A stretch of DNA of 64,000 bases from an uncultured Alphaproteobacteria bacterium (GTDB lineage: Bacteria > Pseudomonadota > Alphaproteobacteria > Rhizobiales > Xanthobacteraceae), in assembly GCA_963776455.1 (NCBI GenBank), contig CAVZMU010000001.1:97736-161735 (forward strand), written 5' to 3'. A program made the translations under genes and the position numbers. The first letter of the stretch is position 1. Every line of letters begins with the position of its first letter. Of the stretch, positions 13,162 to 23,177 are shown piece after piece. The notes under the pieces were generated by a model. The model was given only the letters and a program-made list of their open reading frames with translations. It was not told where the DNA came from and did not search any database.

Positions 13162-13435
13162 TCACGGGCAACTGTTGTCCGCCATGCAATAGTGCATGAA
13201 CCCGGCGGCCAGCACGGGAAAGATAGCCGCGACGGGGCCTGTTGCCACAATCCAGCGTGCATTCCAACGATGAGCGAGCACACTGATCACCGAATATCAG
13301 CCAGATCAGCGCGACAATGGCCCAGCCCAGACGATGTCCGTAAAGCCATGCCGGATTGGCGATCAACGCGATCGCAAAGGCGACCGCGAACAATTTCCGC
13401 GGAGGGACGTCGTAGAAATGGTCGACGAGGTTCAT
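13162..13435 (-). pseudogene. Small hypothetical membrane protein, one frame change as assembled
   Basis: MNLVDHFYDVPPRKLFAVAFAIALIANPAWLYGHRLGWAIVALIWLIFGD continues as hydrophobic VLAHRWNARWIVATGPVAAIFPVLAAGFMHYCMADNSCP only after a shift near 13275. Confidence 0.4.
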
Positions 13436-13438
13436 GCC

Positions 13439-14508
13439 TCAAGCCGGCATCACCACCACGCGGCCGACCACCTTGCCGGCGCGCAGGTCGTTGAGCGCGT
13501 CGTTGACCTCAGACAGCGGGCCGCTTGGCGATCGGCACCGGCGGCATGCCGGTGCGGCTGACCAGGTCGAGCAGCTCGGCCATCTCGGTCAGGCTGCCGA
13601 CGTACGAGCCCTGCATCGTCATCGCGCGCATCGGCAAAGAACGGCGTCGGCACCGTGATCGTCGCCGCCGAACAGGCCGACGACGATCAGCCGTGCCGCC
13701 CTTGACGAGCACGTCGCTGCCGAGCTTCGCCGGTCGCCGACGAGCCGACGAAGTCGATCACCGCCCAGACGCCGCCACCGGCGGCCGCCTGGATCTGCTT
13801 CGACCGCGTCGGGCGCCGCGCCGTCGATCGCCGCGGTCGCACCGGCCGTCTTGGCGGCCTCGCGCTTGCCGGCGTCGATGTCGACCATGATGATGCCCTT
13901 GGCGCCCATCGCCTTGCGCCAGCGTCACGCCCATCAGGCCGACGCCGCCGGCGCCGATGATCACGATCGGCTCCTCGCGCAACACGGTCTCGCCAACCTT
14001 CTTCAGCGCGCGATAGGCCGTGACGCCCGAGCAGGCGAGCGGCGCCGCCTTCTCCGGCGACAGCCGGCCGATGTCGAACAGGTGGCGCGGATGCGGCACC
14101 ATCAGGTGGGTGGCATAGCCGCCGTTGCGCGAAGACGCCGAGATTGCGCGGCTTGAGGCACAGGTTCTCGTCGCCGCGCCGGCACACCTTGCACTCGCCG
14201 CAGCCCATCCAGGGATGGACGAGCCGCACGTCGCCGACCTTGACGCCCTTGGCGTCGGGGCCGACCGCGATGACCTCGCCGACATTCTCGTGGCCCATGG
14301 TGAGCGGCAGCTTGATGCCGCGCTCCAGGCAGCTTCAGCCTCTTGCCGCCGCCGAGCTCGTAGATAGCCGTCCCAGATGTGCAGGTCGGAATGGCAGACG
14401 CCGGCCGCGATCACCTTCAGCAGCACCTCCGTGCCCTGCGGCTCCGGCGTCGGCCGCTCGATCAGCTTGCAGCGGCGCGCCGCACTCGCAGACGTCGTAG
14501 CTCTTCAT
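13439..14508 (-). pseudogene. Zinc-binding alcohol dehydrogenase family (MDR) oxidoreductase, frame-disrupted as assembled
   Basis: MKSYDVCECGAPLQ, LLKVIAAGVCHSDLHIWDGY, MGHENVGEVIAVGPDAKGVKVGD, GCGECKVCRRGDENLC, IIGAGGVGLMG, GAKGIIMVDIDAGKREAAK, YVGSLTEMAELLDLV are spread over three minus frames (at least 6 changes). Reconstructed stop at 13439-13441. Confidence 0.8.
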
Positions 14509-14648
14509 GGGCTTCCTCCACGCCGCGGTTGTCATGCCCGCGCTGTCGTTCAGTAAGCTTTCGCCTGTCCGCGTGGCAAGGCCCTGGCAGGCATGGCAGA
14601 TCGGCGCAGCAACTCCCTTTCCTCTCGGAACCAGCCTCTTCCGTCCCA

Positions 14649-15441
14649 TCACCACCAGGCGCCGGCGCCGACCTCGCTCTGCGTCTCTCCGTCGTCAGTC
14701 ACCACGCTGCGATTAAGCGAGCGGTCGAGCGCGGCGAGCGCGCGGCGCTTGACGTGATCGTAGGCGGCGGACTGACGGTCGCGCGGGCGCGGCAGGTCGG
14801 CCTCGATCTCCGCGAACACGCTGGCCCGGGCGCGGACGCATCACGATGATGCGGTCGGCGAGCACCATCGCCTCGTCGACGTCATGGGTGACGACCACCA
14901 GCGTCGGCTTGGTGTCGGCCCACAGGTCGAGCAGGTGATCCTGCAGGTCGACGCGGGTGAAGGCGTCGAGCGCGGAGAACGGCTCGTCGAGCAGCAGCAC
15001 CTGCGGCCGCGTCACCAGGGCGCGCGCGATGGCGACGCGCTGCGCCTGGCCGCCGGAGAGCTCGCGCGGCCACACACCGGCCTTGTCGGAGAGCGCGACG
15101 CGCTCGAGCTGCGCGGCGACGCGGCGCTGCCGCTCGGCGCGCGGACGGTGCGCGAGGCCGAAGCCGACATTGTCGGCGACGGTGAGCCAGGGCAGCAGCC
15201 GCGGCTCCTGGAACACGATGCCGATCTGCTCGTGCGGCGCCGTGATGCGGTTGCCGTCGAGCGCGACCGCGCCGTGCGTCGGCGCGTCGAGGCCGCAGAC
15301 CAGCCGCAGCAGCGTGGACTTGCCGCAGCCCGAGCCGCCGACGATCGCCACGATCTCGCCGAGCGCGACGTTGAGCGACACGCCATCGAGCGCGCGCACG
15401 CCGTTGGGATAGGTCTTGCTCAGGTGATCGAGGACGAGCAT
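14649..15441 (-). pseudogene. ABC transporter ATP-binding protein, nitrate/sulfonate/taurine (SsuB/TauB-like) family; one frame change near 14840
   Basis: GGSGCGKSTLLR (Walker A), LSGGQAQRVAIARAL (signature), LLLDEPFSALD (Walker B). After IIVMRPRPGQ the conserved tail VFAEIEADLPRPRDR...AWW is in another frame. Confidence 0.82.
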
Positions 15442-15442
15442 G

Positions 15443-16285
15443 TCAGTCGCTCGCCGCGCCGAAGGCGTCTTCCCAGCGCAGGAACGGCGCGGCGGCGCTC
15501 GCCAGCATCCAGTCGGTCGTCTTGCCGATCACCGCGAAGGCGACGATCGCGGCGACGATCTGCGCCGGCTTGCCGAGCTGCTGGCCGTCGAGCAGCAGGA
15601 AGCCGAGCCCCTCGGAGGCGCCGAGCAACTCGGCCGCGACCACGAACATCCAGCCGAGCCCGAGCCCGGACCGCAGCGCCAGGACATAGGCCGGCAGCAC
15701 TGCCGGCAGTAGTATCCGCCGCACCATGGCGAAACCGGACAGCCGGAACACGCGCCCGACCTCGACGATCTTGCGGTCGACCGAGAGCACCGCCCCCATG
15801 ACGCCGAGATAGACCGGGAAGAACACGCCGACCGCGATCAGGGTCACCTTCGAAGTCTCGAAGATGCCCAGCCACAGGATGAACAGCGGGATCCAGGCGA
15901 TCGACGGAATCGCGCGCAACGCCTGGAACGTCGGATCGAGCAGGCGGCGCGCCAGCACCGAATAGCCGGAGATCGCGCCCAGAAGCGTGCCCGCCACGAC
16001 CCCGAGGCCGAAGCCCGCCGCGACCCGCGCAACGGTCGCGACGGCGTGGCGCTGCAATTCGCCGGCGCGCCACAACTCGGCAAAGGTCTCGAAGATGCGC
16101 GACGGCGGCGGCACCAGGCGTCCGCTGGACCAGCCCAGTCGAACCGCAAACTCCCACAGCACCGCGAGCACGACCGGCAGCAGCAGCCCGAGCGACGGCC
16201 GCAGGTAGCGCGCGGCGCCGGCGCGCGGTGCGCTCTCCACGATGATTGTGGGCTCGGCGGTCGCTGTCATCCCGGCAAGAGACAT
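15443..16285 (-). CDS. ABC transporter permease (SsuC/TauC-like)
   Basis: Intact 280-aa ORF with 6 hydrophobic segments and a binding-protein-dependent permease loop (ALRAIPSIAWIPLFILWLG). It starts 2 nt upstream of the ATPase gene. Confidence 0.82.
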   Translation of the reverse strand: MSLAGMTATAEPTIIVESAPRAGAARYLRPSLGLLLPVVLAVLWEFAVRLGWSSGRLVPPPSRIFETFAELWRAGELQRHAVATVARVAAGFGLGVVAGTLLGAISGYSVLARRLLDPTFQALRAIPSIAWIPLFILWLGIFETSKVTLIAVGVFFPVYLGVMGAVLSVDRKIVEVGRVFRLSGFAMVRRILLPAVLPAYVLALRSGLGLGWMFVVAAELLGASEGLGFLLLDGQQLGKPAQIVAAIVAFAVIGKTTDWMLASAAAPFLRWEDAFGAASD

Positions 16286-16442
16286 AAGACCCGGTGCGAA
16301 TGCAATGCGTGAGGTTAGCCAGGCCGTGATTGGCTCTCGGACAAAGCGGCTAGCTCATTACCCTCTTCCTTGGGGTGAGAGTAACGGAGCAAGCAGCACG
16401 ATCTCGTCGCCGTTGCCGTCAGGAAGAAATTGTAAGCGCGGT

Positions 16443-17427
16443 TTAGTTGCCCGCCGGCAGCGCCACGCGGTCGTCGATCAGCGCGTCGACCGCGGCTTTC
16501 ACGTCGGTGCCTGCCGGGAATCACGCCGGCCTGCTGGAGCGCCAGCCCGGCCGCGAGGATCGACTCGCGCTGCGGCGCGCCGATCTTGCTGTGGGTGAGC
16601 TCGGTGCGCTCATCGAGCTGCTTGGCGACCACCGCCTCCGGCAGCTTGGTGACGGCGATGAACACGCGCTTCACCTCGGCCGGATTGGCGAGCGAGAATT
16701 TGCGCGCCTCCTCGTAGACGGCGAGCACGCGCCGCACGAGGTCGGGATGATCCTTCAGGAAATCCTCGCGCACATTGAGGATGCCCCAGGTATTGGCCTC
16801 CTTGTTGCGGTAGAACAGCTTGGCGCCGTCTTCCACCTCGGCCTGCGCCATCATCGGATCGAGGCCGGCCCAGGCATCCACGTCGCCGCGGATCAGCGCC
16901 GTCTTGCCGTCGGGATGCTGGAGCAGCACCGGCGTGATGTCCTTTTCCGTCAGGCCCGCGCTCTGCAGCGCGCGCACCAGAAAGATGTGCGGGTCGGTCC
17001 CGCGCGTGACGGCGACGCGCTTGCCCTTGAGGTCCGCGATCTTGCCAACCGCGGTGTCCTTGCGGGTGACGAGCGCCGTCCATTCGGGGCGGGAGTAGAC
17101 GTAGATCGACTTGATCGGATTGCCGTTGATCTTGGCGAGCAGAGCCGCCGACCCTGCGGTCGAGCCGAGATCGATCGAGCCGGCATTGAGGAATTCCAGC
17201 GCCTTGTTGGAGCCGAGCGTCTGCACCCAGCGGATGGTGATGCCGTCCTTGGCGAACTCCTTCTCCAGCAGGCCCTTGTCCTTCAGCACCATGGAAACCG
17301 GATTGTAGGTCGCCCAGTCGATGCGGATTTCCTTCGGATTATCGGCCGCGAACAGCGTCGACGTCGGCAGCAGGCCGGCCAGAAGCACCGATGCGAAAAA
17401 CGAACGGCGGGACAAGAGAGTCATCAT
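16443..17427 (-). pseudogene. ABC transporter periplasmic substrate-binding protein (NMT1/SsuA-like); one frame change near 16515
   Basis: Signal peptide MMTLLSRRSFFASVLLAGLLPTSTLFA, then KEIRIDWATYNPVSMVLKDKGLLEKEF...GKRVAVTRGTDPHIF. The tail AGVIPAGTDVKAAVDALIDDRVALPAGN is read only after a shift. Confidence 0.8.
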
Positions 17428-17477
17428 CGGCTCCGTGCGCGGCGCGGCCCCATCGTGTGGAATTGCGGCCTGGGGCG

Positions 17478-17559
17478 CTATAAATATTCTTTAGATCGCG
17501 ATATCAGCCCGGTCAAATAGATTGTTGTTCTATAATATTACGCTAAGACAGCGATATCG
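17478..17559. promoter_or_regulatory. Two imperfect ~30-bp direct repeats in the divergent transporter/glnD promoter region (candidate operator pair)
   Basis: 17478-17506 is CTATAAATATTCTTTAGATCGCGATATCA. 17530-17559 is CTATAATATTACGCTAAGACAGCGATATCG. Shared motifs are CTATAA(A)TATT, TA(A)GA and GCGATATC, about 52 bp centre to centre, in an AT-rich island. Confidence 0.3.
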
Positions 17560-17635
17560 TTCTGTAATGGTCGTGGACGTGTCACGTTCGATGCCACATG
17601 ACATCGCCCGGCCGCTCGGATAAGCGATACCGGCA

Positions 17636-20446
17636 ATGCTGACGATCTCCGATCAGGCGCCGCGCGGGTTCTCGGAAGTTTTCGACGCCCGCGCCATGGC
17701 GGCCGATCTCAAGGCGCTGGCGGCGGCGCATGAGGGCCGCGAGCGCGAGCTGCGCAGCGCCGTCGCCCAGCATCTCAAAGCCGCGCTCGCCAAGGGCCGG
17801 GTCGTTGTCGAGCGCCTGCTGCTGAAGGAGCGCCACGGCCGCCGCTGCGCCGAGCGGCTGTGCCTGATGCAGGACCAGATCATCTGCGTGCTCTATGACT
17901 TCGCTGCGACGCATCTCTACCAAGCCGACAACCCCTCCGAGGCCGAGCGCATGGCGGTGGTGGCGACCGGCGGCTACGGCCGCGGGCTGCTGGCGCCGGG
18001 CTCCGACATCGACCTGCTGTTCCTCCTGCCCTACAAGCAGACCGCCTGGGGCGAGCAGATCGCCGAGACCATCCTCTATTGCCTGTGGGACATGGGGCTG
18101 AAGGTCGGCCACGCGACGCGTTCGCTGGACGAATGCATCCGTCAGGCCAAGGCGGACATGACCATCCGCACTTCGATCCTGGAGTCGCGCTTCCTGCTCG
18201 GCGAGAGGAAGCTGTTCGACGAGCTCGTCGCCCGCTTCGACAACGAGGTGGCAAAAGGCACCGGACCGGAATTCGTCACCGCGAAGCTCGCCGAGCGCGA
18301 GGAGCGTCATCGCCGCGGCGGCCAGTCGCGCTATCTGGTCGAGCCCAACGTCAAGGACGGCAAGGGCGGCCTGCGCGACCTGCACACGCTGTTCTGGATC
18401 GCCAAATACGTCTACCGCGTGAGCGAACCCGACGAGTTGATCGATCGCGGCGTGTTCGACCGCGACGAGTACCGGCTGTTCTGCCGCTGCGAGGACTTCC
18501 TGTGGTCGGTGCGCTGCCACATGCATTTCGTCACCGGCCGCGCCGAGGAGCGCCTCGCCTTCGACATCCAGCGCGATATCGCGGTGCGGCTCGGCTACAC
18601 CGAGCATCCCGGCCAGAAGGATGTCGAGCGCTTCATGAAGCACTACTTCCTGACCGCCAAGAGCGTGGGCGACCTGACCGCGATCCTGTGCGCGCGGCTG
18701 GAAGACCGGCAGGACAAGCCGGTGCCGATGCTCAACCGCATGGTGGCGAAGTTCCGCGGCCACGGTCGCAAGGCGCTGCGCGAGACCGAGGACTTTGTCG
18801 TCGACAACAACCGCATCAACGTGGCGGATGCCGAGGTCTTCGCGCGCGATCCGGTGAACCTGATCCGGCTGTTTTATCTCGGGCAGAAGCACGGGCTCGC
18901 CTTCCATCCCGACGCGATGCGGCTGGCGACGCGCTCGCTCGCGCTGTTCGACAAGACGGTGCGGGAGAGCCCGGAAGCCAACCGCCTGTTCCTCGATATC
19001 CTCACCGCCAAGGACAATACGGAGACGGTTCTGCGGCGCATGAACGAGGCCGGCGTGCTCGGCCATTTCATCCCGGATTTCGGCCGCATCGTCGCGATGA
19101 TGCAGTTCAACATGTACCACCACTACACGGTCGACGAGCACCTGCTGCGCTGCATCGGCGTGCTCACCGAGATCGAGCGCGGCGAACGGCCGGAATACGG
19201 CCTCGCCAACGAGCTGTTTCCCAAGATCCTGCCGCAGCATCGCCGCGTGCTCTACGTCACGCTGTTCCTCCACGACATCGCCAAGGGGCGGGTCGAGGAT
19301 CATTCCATCGCCGGTGCCCGCGTGGCGCGGCGGCTCTGCCCGCGTCTCGGCTTCTCGGCGGCCGAGACCGAGATGGTGTCATGGCTGGTCGAGCATCACC
19401 TGCTGATGTCGACCATCGCGCAGTCGCGCGACCTGTCGGACCGCAGGACGATCGAGAACTTCGCCGCGGTGATGCAATCGCTGGAGCGCATGAAGCTCCT
19501 GGCGATCCTCACCACCGCCGACATCCGCGCCGTCGGTCCGGGCGTGTGGAACGGCTGGAAGGCCCAGCTTCTGCGCACGCTCTATTACGAGACCGAGCCG
19601 GCGCTCACCGGCGGCTTCTCGGAGGTCAATCGGGGACAGCGCGTGGCGATGGCCCAGGCTGAGCTGCGCGGCGAACTCACGGACTGGCCGCCGGAGCGGC
19701 TCGAAGCCTATATCCAGCGGCACTACCCGGCCTACTGGCTCAAGGTCGACCTGCCGCACAAGGTCGCGCATGCGCGCTTCCTCCGCGACGCCGAGGACGC
19801 CGGACGGACGCTCGCCATCGAATTCGGCTTCGATTCCGGCAACGTGACGGAACTCACCGTGCTGGCGCCCGACCATCCCCGGCTGCTGTCGGTGATCGCC
19901 GGCGCCTGCGCGGTCGCCGGCGCCAATATCGTCGACGCCCAGATCTACACGACGACGGACGGCCTCGCCCTCGACACCATCGCGGTGTCGCGGGAATTCG
20001 AGCACGACGAGGATGAAGGCCGCCGTGCCACGCGCATCGCCGACTCGATCGAGAAGGCGCTGCGCGGCGATCTGAGCCTGCCTGCGGTGGTGGGAACGCG
20101 CGCCCCGCCCAAGGGACGCATCAAGGCCTTCGCGGTCGAGCCCGAGGTGCTGATCAACAACCAGTGGTCCAACCGCTACACCGTCGTGGAGGTCCACGGC
20201 CTCGACCGGCAGGGTCTCCTCTACGAGCTGACCGCGACGCTGTCGCGGCTCAGCCTCAACATCACGTCCGCCCATGTGGCGACGTTCGGCGAGCGCGTCG
20301 TCGACGTGTTCTACGTCACCGACCTGCTCGGCGCGAAGATCGACTCGCTGCCGCGCCAGGCCGCGATCAAGCGCGCGCTGGTCCCGCTGCTCAAGCCGGC
20401 CGAGCCCGAGGGCCGACCCGCCAAAGCTGCAGCGGTCGCGGGCTGA
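17636..20446 (+). CDS. glnD: Bifunctional [protein-PII] uridylyltransferase/uridylyl-removing enzyme
   Basis: Intact 936-aa ORF. It has a nucleotidyltransferase region (VATGGYGRGLLAPGSDIDLLFL), an HD domain (LFLHDIAKG) and two C-terminal ACT-like repeats. Length is typical of GlnD. Confidence 0.92.
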   Translation: MLTISDQAPRGFSEVFDARAMAADLKALAAAHEGRERELRSAVAQHLKAALAKGRVVVERLLLKERHGRRCAERLCLMQDQIICVLYDFAATHLYQADNPSEAERMAVVATGGYGRGLLAPGSDIDLLFLLPYKQTAWGEQIAETILYCLWDMGLKVGHATRSLDECIRQAKADMTIRTSILESRFLLGERKLFDELVARFDNEVAKGTGPEFVTAKLAEREERHRRGGQSRYLVEPNVKDGKGGLRDLHTLFWIAKYVYRVSEPDELIDRGVFDRDEYRLFCRCEDFLWSVRCHMHFVTGRAEERLAFDIQRDIAVRLGYTEHPGQKDVERFMKHYFLTAKSVGDLTAILCARLEDRQDKPVPMLNRMVAKFRGHGRKALRETEDFVVDNNRINVADAEVFARDPVNLIRLFYLGQKHGLAFHPDAMRLATRSLALFDKTVRESPEANRLFLDILTAKDNTETVLRRMNEAGVLGHFIPDFGRIVAMMQFNMYHHYTVDEHLLRCIGVLTEIERGERPEYGLANELFPKILPQHRRVLYVTLFLHDIAKGRVEDHSIAGARVARRLCPRLGFSAAETEMVSWLVEHHLLMSTIAQSRDLSDRRTIENFAAVMQSLERMKLLAILTTADIRAVGPGVWNGWKAQLLRTLYYETEPALTGGFSEVNRGQRVAMAQAELRGELTDWPPERLEAYIQRHYPAYWLKVDLPHKVAHARFLRDAEDAGRTLAIEFGFDSGNVTELTVLAPDHPRLLSVIAGACAVAGANIVDAQIYTTTDGLALDTIAVSREFEHDEDEGRRATRIADSIEKALRGDLSLPAVVGTRAPPKGRIKAFAVEPEVLINNQWSNRYTVVEVHGLDRQGLLYELTATLSRLSLNITSAHVATFGERVVDVFYVTDLLGAKIDSLPRQAAIKRALVPLLKPAEPEGRPAKAAAVAG

Positions 20447-20459
20447 CCGCGAAATCGAA

Positions 20460-20482
20460 GGGCCCGGCCTGCGGCCGAGCCC
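20460..20482. terminator. GC-rich hairpin between convergent glnD and a small exported-protein gene
   Basis: GGGCCCGGCCTGCGGCCGAGCCC gives 9 paired positions with one mismatch and a 3-nt loop. It sits 14 nt after the glnD stop. On the minus strand it is followed by TTCGATTTCG. Confidence 0.4.
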
Positions 20483-20541
20483 CCAGCACGCGATGAACGC
20501 GTGACAACCGGTATGTCGCGGCGATCAGGACGCCGCCAGCA

Positions 20542-20766
20542 TCAATACTTGGCGACGACCGGCGCCGCGCTCACCACCCAGAAGCTGTTGAACGGCAGGA
20601 AGATCAAGCCGATCCCGTTCCACACCAGCCTGCGTCCATTCTCGTTCGGGTCGGCCGGCGCCGCGGCGACCGGAGCCGAACGATGCTTCTTGGTGTGCTT
20701 CGCCAGAGCGGCAGTCGGGGCCGCCATGATTGCGAGGGCGGCGATGAAAAGCATGGTCTTACGCAT
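20542..20766 (-). CDS. Small hypothetical exported protein (74 aa)
   Basis: AAGGAG lies 7 nt upstream of ATG 20764-20766. Signal peptide MRKTMLFIAALAIMAAPTAALA; C-terminal hydrophobic W/F-rich tail. The 99-aa track ORF start would sit inside a hairpin and is judged too long. Confidence 0.5.
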   Translation of the reverse strand: MRKTMLFIAALAIMAAPTAALAKHTKKHRSAPVAAAPADPNENGRRLVWNGIGLIFLPFNSFWVVSAAPVVAKY

Positions 20767-20829
20767 GAAGAACTCCTTGTGTTGCCTCTCTTGGCCTCCG
20801 GGGCGGACCATACGGCAGAAGTCACAGCG

Positions 20830-20863
20830 AAAAAAGGGCATGCCAGATGAAGGCTTAATGCCC
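20830..20863 (-). terminator. Terminator-like hairpin plus U6 tract in the 5' region of the small exported-protein gene (attenuator or sRNA 3' end candidate)
   Basis: Minus strand reads GGGCAT-TAA-GCC-TTCATCT-GGC-ATGCCC followed by TTTTTT (plus-strand A run 20830-20835). It lies about 65 nt upstream of the ATG, with no upstream minus-strand gene to terminate. Confidence 0.35.
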
Positions 20864-20951
20864 AGGAGGCGCGGCTTAACGGCCCTTTAAACCGCAAAAT
20901 CTAACCTGCGGTCTGGTCCGGCCGGGATGTCCCGTCCCGGCGTTGCGAGGC

Positions 20952-23156
20952 ATGCCGGTGGGATCGCGAAAGGCCAGGACGCGCCGCGAGCCCGTCTTCG
21001 ACGCGACGCCGGTACTGGGATTCGGCCTGCGCCTCGACCCGCGCGACCGCACCGGCGGCCCGCCGCCCGAGGAGCCAGTCGCCAAGGCCATCCCGCTGGC
21101 CGCACGCCGTGCACGCCGCGCCGCCAACGACGATGAGAAGCCTTCGCACGCATCGCGCGGCGACAAGGCCGAGCCCAAATCCGCCGCAAGACGCTCCGGC
21201 CGTGGCGGTGGCGGAGGCAAGCGGCGCTCGGTGTTCGGCCGCCTCGCCTATTGGGCGATCGTCCTGGGCCTGTGGGGCGTCATCGTCGTGATCGGCGCCG
21301 TCATCTGGGTCGGCGCCCACCTGCCGCCGATCCAGTCGCTCGAAGTGCCGCCGCGTCCGCCCTCGATCGCGATCCTCGGCCTGGACGGCAAGACGCTGGC
21401 GACGCGCGGCGACATGGGCGGCGCCGCGATCCCCGTCAAGGAGATGCCGCCCTACCTGCCGCAGGCCTTCATCGCCATCGAGGACCGCCGCTTCCAGTCG
21501 CATTTCGGCTTCGACCCCGTCGGCCTTGCGCGCGCCGTGGTCGCCAACGTGCTGCATCGCGGCGTGTCGCAGGGCGGCTCGACGCTCACGCAGCAGCTCG
21601 CCAAGAACCTGTTCCTTACCCAGGAGCGCACCTACGGACGCAAGGTGCAGGAGCTCGTGCTGGCGCTGTGGCTGGAGCACAAGTTCACCAAGACGCAGAT
21701 CCTCGACCTCTATCTCAACCGCGTTTATTTCGGCTCCGGCGCCTATGGCGTCGAGGCCGCCTCGCAGCGCTATTTCGGCAAGTCGGCGCGGCAAGTTACG
21801 CTGGGCGAGGCCGCGATGCTGGCCGGCCTGGTGAAGTCGCCGACGCGGCTTGCCCCGAACCGCAATCCCGATGGCGCCGAGCGCCGCGCGCAGCTCGTGC
21901 TGGGTGCCATGGTCGATGCAGGCTTCGTCACCGCCAACATGGCGAAGCTCGCATTCGCGAGCCCCGCCCATGCGGTGAAGCCTACCGGCGCCGGGTCAGC
22001 GAACTACGTCGCCGACTGGGTGATGGATGTGCTCGACGACATCATCGGCCGCGTCGACAAGGACATCATCGTCCACACCTCGATCGATCCGGTGCTTCAG
22101 GCCGCCGCCGAAAAGGCGCTGACCGACGAGCTGACGCAGAAGGGCGACAAGTTCGGCGTCGGCCAGGGCGCCATGGTGGCGATGAGCCCCGACGGCGCGG
22201 TGCGCGCGCTGGTCGGCGGACGGAATTACGCCGAGAGCCCATTCAACCGCGCGATCGCGGCGCGCCGCCAGCCGGGCTCGGCGTTCAAGCCATTCGTCTA
22301 TCTCACGGCGCTGGAGCGTGGGCTGACGCCCGAGACATTGCGCGATGACCGCCCGATCACGATCAAGGGCTGGAAGCCGGAGAACTACAGCCGCGAGTAT
22401 CTCGGCGCCGTGACGCTCACGCGCGCGCTGGCAAACTCGCTCAACACCGTCGCTGTGCGGCTCGCCATGGAAGTCGGACCCAAGGCGGTGGTCGCGACCG
22501 CTCATCGCCTCGGCATCGCCTCAAAGCTGGAGCCCAACGCGTCGATCGCGCTCGGCACCTCCGAGGTCTCGGCGCTGGAACTGGTTTCGGCCTTCGTGCC
22601 CTTCGCCAATGGCGGCATCGGCGTCACGCCGCACGTCGTCGAGCGCGTGCTCAGCGCCGACGGCAAGTCGCTCTACCGGCACGACGGCCGCAGCCTCGGC
22701 CGCGTCGTCGACGAGCGCTATGTCGGCATGATGAATGCGATGATGCAGGAGACGCTCACGACCGGCACCGCGCGCAAGGCCGACACCGGCGGCTTTCCGG
22801 CGGCCGGCAAGACCGGCACGTCGCAGGATTTCCGCGACGCCTGGTTCGTCGGCTACACATCCCATCTCGTGACCGGTGTCTGGCTCGGCAACGACGACAA
22901 CACGCCGACCAAGAAGATCACCGGCGGCGGGCTGCCGGTGGAGGTCTGGAGCCGGTTCATGAAGACCGCGCATCAAGGCGTGCCGGTCGCCGACCTGCCC
23001 GGCCGGCGCGCCAGCCTGGTCGCCGCGGCGGTGCCGCCTGCCGGCAATGCGCCGCGGCCCCCCGGCGTGCTGCCCGACGACCCGCGGCCCCCTCCGGCCG
23101 ACCGCGGCGGCGGCATCGACAACTGGCTGATCGACACGCTGTTCGGCAAGCGCTGA
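20952..23156 (+). CDS. Class A penicillin-binding protein (PBP1A family transglycosylase/transpeptidase)
   Basis: Intact ORF. Glycosyltransferase motifs FIAIEDRRFQSHFGFD, GGSTLTQQLAKN, RKVQELVLALWLE; transpeptidase motifs SAFKPFVYL and KTGTSQD; N-terminal TM anchor. ATG at 20952; the track uses TTG 20943. Confidence 0.9.
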   Translation: MPVGSRKARTRREPVFDATPVLGFGLRLDPRDRTGGPPPEEPVAKAIPLAARRARRAANDDEKPSHASRGDKAEPKSAARRSGRGGGGGKRRSVFGRLAYWAIVLGLWGVIVVIGAVIWVGAHLPPIQSLEVPPRPPSIAILGLDGKTLATRGDMGGAAIPVKEMPPYLPQAFIAIEDRRFQSHFGFDPVGLARAVVANVLHRGVSQGGSTLTQQLAKNLFLTQERTYGRKVQELVLALWLEHKFTKTQILDLYLNRVYFGSGAYGVEAASQRYFGKSARQVTLGEAAMLAGLVKSPTRLAPNRNPDGAERRAQLVLGAMVDAGFVTANMAKLAFASPAHAVKPTGAGSANYVADWVMDVLDDIIGRVDKDIIVHTSIDPVLQAAAEKALTDELTQKGDKFGVGQGAMVAMSPDGAVRALVGGRNYAESPFNRAIAARRQPGSAFKPFVYLTALERGLTPETLRDDRPITIKGWKPENYSREYLGAVTLTRALANSLNTVAVRLAMEVGPKAVVATAHRLGIASKLEPNASIALGTSEVSALELVSAFVPFANGGIGVTPHVVERVLSADGKSLYRHDGRSLGRVVDERYVGMMNAMMQETLTTGTARKADTGGFPAAGKTGTSQDFRDAWFVGYTSHLVTGVWLGNDDNTPTKKITGGGLPVEVWSRFMKTAHQGVPVADLPGRRASLVAAAVPPAGNAPRPPGVLPDDPRPPPADRGGGIDNWLIDTLFGKR

Positions 23157-23177
23157 GCGCCGCGCCGTGCGCCGTGT

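Noticed and set aside
14649-17427. The ABC importer as part of a sulfonate-utilisation system missing its monooxygenase (ssuD/ssuE).
   Set aside because: The NMT1/SsuA-type family also covers taurine, nitrate and other substrates. The absence of adjacent catabolic genes is common, so it is not evidence of anything unusual.
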